NCBI RefSeq assembly: GCF_009914755.1
Contig: NC_060931.1
Strand: one strand, 5' to 3'
Source: the human T2T-CHM13v2.0 reference genome, Homo sapiens
Length of the DNA stretch: 64,000 nucleotides
Both the position numbers and the translations under genes were made by a program. This document shows, in pieces, positions 55,672 through 64,000 of this stretch. The notes under the pieces were generated by a model that saw only the letters and a program-made list of their open reading frames with translations, did not search any database and was not told the DNA's origin. Numbering within the stretch: position 1 is the first letter of the stretch; the number at the start of each line of letters is the position of its first letter.

Positions 55672-56879
55672 TCAGTTGACAAAAATAGTACCGTGTCAGA
55701 GATAAAAATGTGCCGTGGTGGGGTATTAACATTGCTTCTACCATTAAGAACATAAACAAAAACAACCTTATTCCAATATTCTAGATACTGAGGGGGTTAT
55801 TTTTGTGGAATTGATTCCAAAGACAGGGATGCTTGATCAAAGAAGATGTTTAGTTTTTGGCTAATAAATGTTGCCTGATTGAGTTCCACAAATTCTGTAA
55901 CAATTTACATTTTCAGCATCAATCAATGAGTGTCCTTTTCTAGAACTCCAGGCAGCAGTACATATTATACTTATAAAACGTTCTGCTTGTATTACGTAAA
56001 TAGCTAATATTTGTTGTGTTGACTTCTTATTAAATGTTTCTTCCCAGCCTTTCAAATCAGGCACTACTCTTTATGTGTACTAGGTCATTTATTTCTTATA
56101 ACAATGCTTCAGTTTGCAAATGAAAAAATCAGAGACACATGGAGAAGTAACTTCCCTGGGCCACCAGCTTGGCCTATTTCCAGGTCCAGTGCTCTTCACT
56201 GTGGCATAGCTGGCTGAGAGTGAAGTGCTGTCTCTGTGTTCAAGTTCTCTAACTAAGAAGTTTCAGCTTACATCTAGGCAACATTTTAAGGCTTGATTGC
56301 TTGTATATAAAGGAAAAAGCCTATTGGCATAATGTTTCTATCTTTTTGTTTACTTATTCCTTGATGACACTGTCATATGTTCTGGAGACTTAAAAATTAC
56401 ATTGGTAAAAAATAAAGAAATATATTTGAAATAAAGAGAGGAATGCAGCTCTTTCAATGGTAGCACATTAAATCATAATATATATGTCATTTTTGTTCTT
56501 CTTCACAATAAGGTACTTTTGCAGTGTAGTTCTATCATTTGAGTACTATTGAAATACATGTAATAGTCATGTAGTGAAAACATTTATTTAAAGCTATGTA
56601 AAATATTTCTTAAAATGCTTTGTCAGGTATACATAAAAGCTGTCTTTAAATCAGTTCTCAGGAAATGTTGAAGTCTGTATCGAAAACTGTAAATATGATT
56701 GCTATTACTAAAGTTAAAAGATGGTAATTGTTTAATCTATAAGCACAGTTTTGAGTATTCATTTCATACAATAGCTAATCCATGAAGCTTTTCTTGAGAG
56801 TGCTGTTGAGAAAATAACTTTTTCCTTTGCTTTCATGGCAGTGGGAAAATATTTGTCTTTAAAATATTTGCCAGTCCTA

Positions 56880-57300
56880 ATGCTTAAATATTTCTTGTAT
56901 CCATCCGCTGCTCTCCATTCCTATCACAGCTTCTATAGTTAAGATTTTCAGCATTTCCCTCCAGGCATTAATTTAGTAGCCTCCTGGTATGTCTCCCGGA
57001 TTCTAATCTTCCCCCTCTAGCTTATCATCTATATCTATGCCAGAAATACTTTCCCAAAACACAAATCTTGTTATAGTACTGCATTTCTCTAGTTCTTCCC
57101 TGTCTCTTAAATTTAGTCTCCTCCTAACCCAACATTTGCACCCTATAATCTAACCGACCATACTGAGATCTTTGCAGTTTCTCTAACACAACATGCTGTT
57201 TCGAATCATATTTCTCTTATACCTTGTTACATTTTGTCCCCTCCTTTCATTTTTCCTGTTTTATCTATGCTGTTTTAGAGGAAACTCATTTACGGTCCAA
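56880..57300 (+). mobile_element. L2 fragment
   Basis: tagcctcctggtatgtctccc...gccagaaatactttcccaaaacacaaatctt, the C-rich L2 pattern. Confidence 0.55.
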
Positions 57301-60209
57301 GCCTCAGAATCTTGGAGCAGACTGATGTATCAACACCTCCCTGTGGCAATTTGCTCTAATCACAGGTGAAATACTAAGACGCAGCAGGCAAATTCTTTGG
57401 TTTCTGAACTTATAAGGAACACAGTGATCACAAATAATGAAAACCACCTCCAATTATCTGATATTAAAGTGAGAAATTACCCCATAGTATCGACAACAGA
57501 AGGAAGGCGAGAAATATATTTTCAAAGAATAAACCACAAATATTTTCCTCATTTTATAAGTAAATGTGTATCTATCATAAGGGAAATTTGAAACCATGCT
57601 GTGAAAGCTTACAACTTCTGCAACCCTTTTTCTACCGGATTTTATTTTAAAAGATTTTCTCTGCTTTTCTTAAGCCACATGGGTGATCACGTGCCTTTAA
57701 ACCCAAGCCTGACTGTCCTTTCCACAAGCTATTATCTGAAGAATTATTTGTTATCTGCATGCAAATTAAAGACGTGTCAACAAAATAATTATTGCATCTA
57801 ACAAGTACTTTAAATAGAGTACTTAAGATGTCACCAAATCTTCTAAATGATAGCTGTAGCTTCTGAAAAACTTGATAACTATATATATTTAGTGTGTAAT
57901 AATCCAGCAGATGCGTTGATATTGTTGAAGTTGTTATGAAATGTCAATGAATTTCATTTCCACTTTTAATATGACAAAAATATAATTTTATAAGTATAAA
58001 AATAGTTACTTCTATTCTATTTGTTTATATTTTAAACTCCGTCTTCATCCTTACCTTTGCAACTTAGTACACACTTCTGAACCATTTCAAAGTTGGCCAG
58101 TCTAGCGAAGCCTGTTTCAAATTTTATATTCTTCACAATGATCCCTGCAGTGATGCCTACTAAAAACACATTACTCTCTTTTCTATTAGTCCACAATCTG
58201 CATGAGCAGAGCCTGTATTTTTTCCCTTAGGCTGATAGGTATTAGGGAATGGTTGTATTAAAGGAACTAGACTTTAGTAAACATGTTTCATCATATTAGG
58301 TACTGTACTGGTTGCATTATACCATTACATGAAATTAGCCCAAATACCTCTGTGCTGTAATATTCAAAGTATAAGGATGCTCAAGCATTTTAAAGCTCAC
58401 TGGTTCCATCTTTATACAGTTCTTACTTTTGTCAAGTCCTTCCTTGCATTGATACAGATTTACACTCCCATAAATTCCAGCCAGTAGTTCTAGTTGGGCT
58501 TCTCAAATAAAAGCTTAATATTTACCCAATATTCTACTGCCGTAAAATACTTGAAGACAAATATAGAATCTAATTAAATATAATTTAAGACTTAGTCGCT
58601 ACTACTTTTATAGATAGCCAACTAATACCTTGAAGACAAACACATTCCTTAAAACACTGTGATTTATATTTACTTATGTCCTCCAAATTACCCAAATATT
58701 TCTAGGTACACAACCAGTGTTAAATAAATACAATTGAAAATGGAATTGAAATGGGTTAGCTCTGTATACAAATTGTTTCTTAAAGTGCTTATAGCTAGGT
58801 TATAGCAACAAATATACATTGTTGTGTTTTGATAGCTAAAAGCATCATACTAAGAAGTATTATAATTGTAATATAATGTTAGTTGCAAACAAGTGTGTCT
58901 GTAAGTAATCTTGGTATTACAGAAAAAAAAACTGCCTTAAAACTTACATATCTGTATGAGTCAAAACCAAAAATGAAACAGAAATATTTAAAGGGACTGT
59001 TGTTTAAAAGTAATAGGACAACTACAGTTATTTTAAAAGATAGTTTATACTTATTTGCTCAGTGTGAAATAAAACATTTTTAAATTTTAATTTATTATCT
59101 ACTCTTTGCCCAAAGTATATTAGAAAAATGTTACTGCAATTTGAGTAGTCTTCATATTGTGATAAAATAGGTAATTATTATATGCAATAATCTGAGGCAT
59201 TTTCGTTTTACAGAGCATATAATCACCCACGTATCAATTTTTGGAATTTAAAATGTGTTGTTGGCACAATTAGAATCATGTATCTACTTTCAAAGAGAGA
59301 TTTCAGAATATTGCAAATAAAAATGACATTGTTTCTTTTATCAAATTGGCATCAATAGGGCCTTTTTTTCAAAAAAAGCTTTTAGATCTGCTATTTGTTC
59401 ATTTATATGTGTATAATTACAGTATTCAGAGGATCTCTCATGCTGTGTTTGTTTCCACATATGGATTTTCAAATGACAAAGTCTCAAGTGGTGGCGCTAA
59501 AGACAAACCATGCTAGCTACTCAAGCATTTCCTTCCTGGAGTTGTACTGTGTCAACTGCTCCCTAAGAAATGGGTAAAGAGGGACTACTCAGAAACATGC
59601 ATTGAGCATCAGCATGTTTTTGAAAGATTAATCTTCTAGACCTGGAACTAAAAGTATCTTCCAGTTATTTTCTTTATTATCCACTTTATCAGCTTCCACA
59701 TAACACATTCAGTTTTCTACATTTTAGTTTAAAAATTGCCATTTAATTCTATGCTTCTATGAAGTCACATATCCTACTTATGCTTTCTTAATTTCAAAAT
59801 TATTTGCACTGTCCATTTTATAATATTTTATCTATCTTAATAATTTACCTTAAAGTTCTCTTTTATTGAATAGGTATGACAACATAGAAATTAAAATTAT
59901 TGAATCATTCCAATTAGTCCACAGGTAAGGTCATCAGTGAGTGATTAAGGAAACTCTTTCTGTTATAACATTTTAGCTAAAACCTAAAGAAAAAGCCAAG
60001 CAAACAGCAGGAAAAGACTGTTCCAAGAAAAAGAGGACAACCTCACAATTCCAACATTGGCCAAGTTTGGAAGTCACTTTGATGAGGAGATATTTAGTGG
60101 TTTTGGAATTAGTCTTCTGTTAAACGTGTAATGAAAAGAAAATTTTGAAAGAGTAAATTATCCCGCTTAATTGTCTATCAGCAAATAGAAAAGAAATTTT
60201 CACTGGTTA

Positions 60210-60536
<327 letters not shown>

Positions 60537-60708
60537 GAATTTAGGTCAGTATTAAAGTTTGTGATAATTCAATTATATTTAGCTTAGAGAATTTTGCTAA
60601 TAAAAATAACTTTGATAATTTAACACATATGTATGTTATTGAAACAGCAAGCATTTTGAAGAGGCAATTTTCTAAATAACCTTTATTTCAAAGTGTATTG
60701 TTTATTGC

Positions 60709-61089
60709 TGTGTTAGTTTGTTTTCACACTGCTATAAAGGAATACCAGAGACTGGGTAATTGATAAAGGGAAGAGGTGTAATTGACTCACAGTTCTGCAT
60801 GGCTGGGGAGGCCTCAGACAACTTACAATCATGGCAGAAGGCAAAGGGGAAGCAAAGGCACGTCTTACATGGTGGCAGATGAGAGAGAAGAGCATGAAGC
60901 GGGAGGATCCCCACACTTAGGAAACAACCAGATCTTGTGAGAATTCACTCACTATCATTTGAACAGCATAGGGGAACCATCCCTATGATCCAGTCACCCC
61001 CAACCAGGTTTCACCCTTGGCACTTGGGGATTAAGAGGGTTACAATTCAAGATGAGATTTGGGTGGGTTCACAGAGCCAAACCATATCA
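60709..61089 (-). mobile_element. THE1D/MSTA-like MaLR solo LTR
   Basis: tgtgttagtttgttttcacactgctataaag...cagagccaaaccatatca. Confidence 0.88.
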
Positions 61090-61789
61090 ATGCTGACTTT
61101 AAAGAAAACGAATAATATTGTTTCCAATCTTTACATAGTTTCACATAACATTTTTGAGAGTATAACTGTAACCCAACATTTACAATATATTTGTAGTTAT
61201 TTTTTAATGTGAATAAAGGTAATATGACTCATATTCTTAAGAATTTCCCCTTGGCATTACTATGTTCTACTGTTTCAAAAGTTTGCTTACTTTAATAAGA
61301 TTTCAATTATTTGGATTGTTAATACATTGAGATAGCGACTGAGGTTTATTCTCTCATTTAACTTATTTTTCATCCTATAAATGTAAGGTGTACAATATAA
61401 TATTTTGATATACAGAGTAAACTGATTACTAAAATCAGAACACTAATATATTCATTATCTCACATAGTTTTTATTAGAGAGGTATGCATTTATAAGCTGC
61501 CAACAAGTCCAAGGATTGTTTTAAAATGTATCTTTCATTCTTATTACATTTGTGACTTCCTGGGTTCCATGCCAATTGTTTGTTTTTAAGAAATGTAGTG
61601 TTATAACAAGATTGTTTCAGAACTTCAATAATATGCACCTTCAAATAGAATATTATAGGTCTTGCTTTATAATTTGTAAACTTTCAGCATCTTTGCGGCT
61701 TAACTTTGCAACATACTTCAAAGACTTAGGCTTCATCTAATTTGACATAAAATAAACAATAACCAGCAAGTACTAGATGATTATGCATC

Positions 61790-62140
61790 TGATATGGTTT
61801 GGCTCTGTGTCCCCAAACAAATCTTATCTTGAATTGTAATTTCCACGTGTCGAGGGAGGGAGGTAATTGGATTATGAGCGCGGTTTCCCCCATGCTGTTC
61901 TCGTGATAGTGAGTGAGTCTCAATCTGATGGTGTTAAAAGTGGCAGTTGTTTCCTGTGCTCGAATTTACTCTCTCCTGCCACCTTGTGAAGAAGGTGTCT
62001 GCTTTCCTTTCTGCCGTGATTGTAAGTTTCCTTAGGACTCCCCAGTTATGTGGAACAGTGAGTCAATTAAACTTTCTTTGTTTATAAATTACCCAATCTC
62101 AGGTAGATTCTTTATAGCATTGCGAGAATGGACTAATACA
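61790..62140 (+). mobile_element. THE1D-like MaLR solo LTR
   Basis: tgatatggtttggctctgtgtcccc...gaatggactaataca. 5-bp near-TSD gcatc/gaatc. Confidence 0.9.
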
Positions 62141-62355
62141 GAATCTGTAATAAACTCATGCAGTATCTGTATCTCAGATTGTATCTGAGATTACAGTCTC
62201 TGCTAAAATACGTTCTTTACAGATGATCAATTTACTTAGAACATAGGCCAATAAGTGGTTATACACAGATGTCTGTTGGCCTTGAATAATAGCACTGGCC
62301 ATTGTCAGAGTTGGTATTGGGGAGGTTGGTGTATAAAGAGTACGAACTTCATAGA

Positions 62356-62440
62356 GCAGCAATTCTCATATGCTAATATGCATATAAACTACCTGGCAGA
62401 TTCTGATTCAGTAAATCTGGAGTGGAACCTATAATGTAAC

Positions 62441-62443
<3 letters not shown>
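62356..62443. mobile_element. MER5A-like hAT-Charlie fragment, cut by the L1
   Basis: cagcaattctca...attctgattcagtaaatctggagtgg...aacattt. Confidence 0.55.

Positions 62444-64000
<1,557 letters not shown>

Noticed and set aside
57335-59500. Weaker CTCF-like motifs (near 57340, 57904, 59485)
   Set aside because: Core mismatches; matches of this quality are expected by chance.

Overview
Primate genomic DNA, almost certainly human 7q35, centred on the CpG-island promoter and first coding exon of CNTNAP2 (Caspr2). The ATG is at 46925 and the 97 coding nt give MQAAPRAGCGAALLLWIVSSCLCRAWTAPSTS, followed by a GTAAGT donor at 47022. About 46 kb of upstream, AT-rich, gene-free DNA and the first 17 kb of intron 1 are largely transposon relics (Alu, L1, L2, MIR, MaLR/ERV LTRs, DNA transposons) and microsatellites. 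The only long ORF is the C-terminal part of an antisense L1PA ORF2 at the right edge. I found no evidence of a new multi-gene system. The most notable observations are: (i) a tail-to-tail inverted Alu pair with almost no spacer, one member an AluSp/AluY mosaic suggestive of gene conversion; (ii) a near-consensus REST/RE1 site in the promoter; (iii) a candidate 393-nt 5'-leader intron that would remove the GGA/GGC repeats and a start-stop uORF; (iv) a strong CTCF motif about 26 kb upstream; (v) a four-level nested transposon stack. Repeat subfamily calls come from recalled consensus diagnostics, and boundaries of old repeats are approximate.
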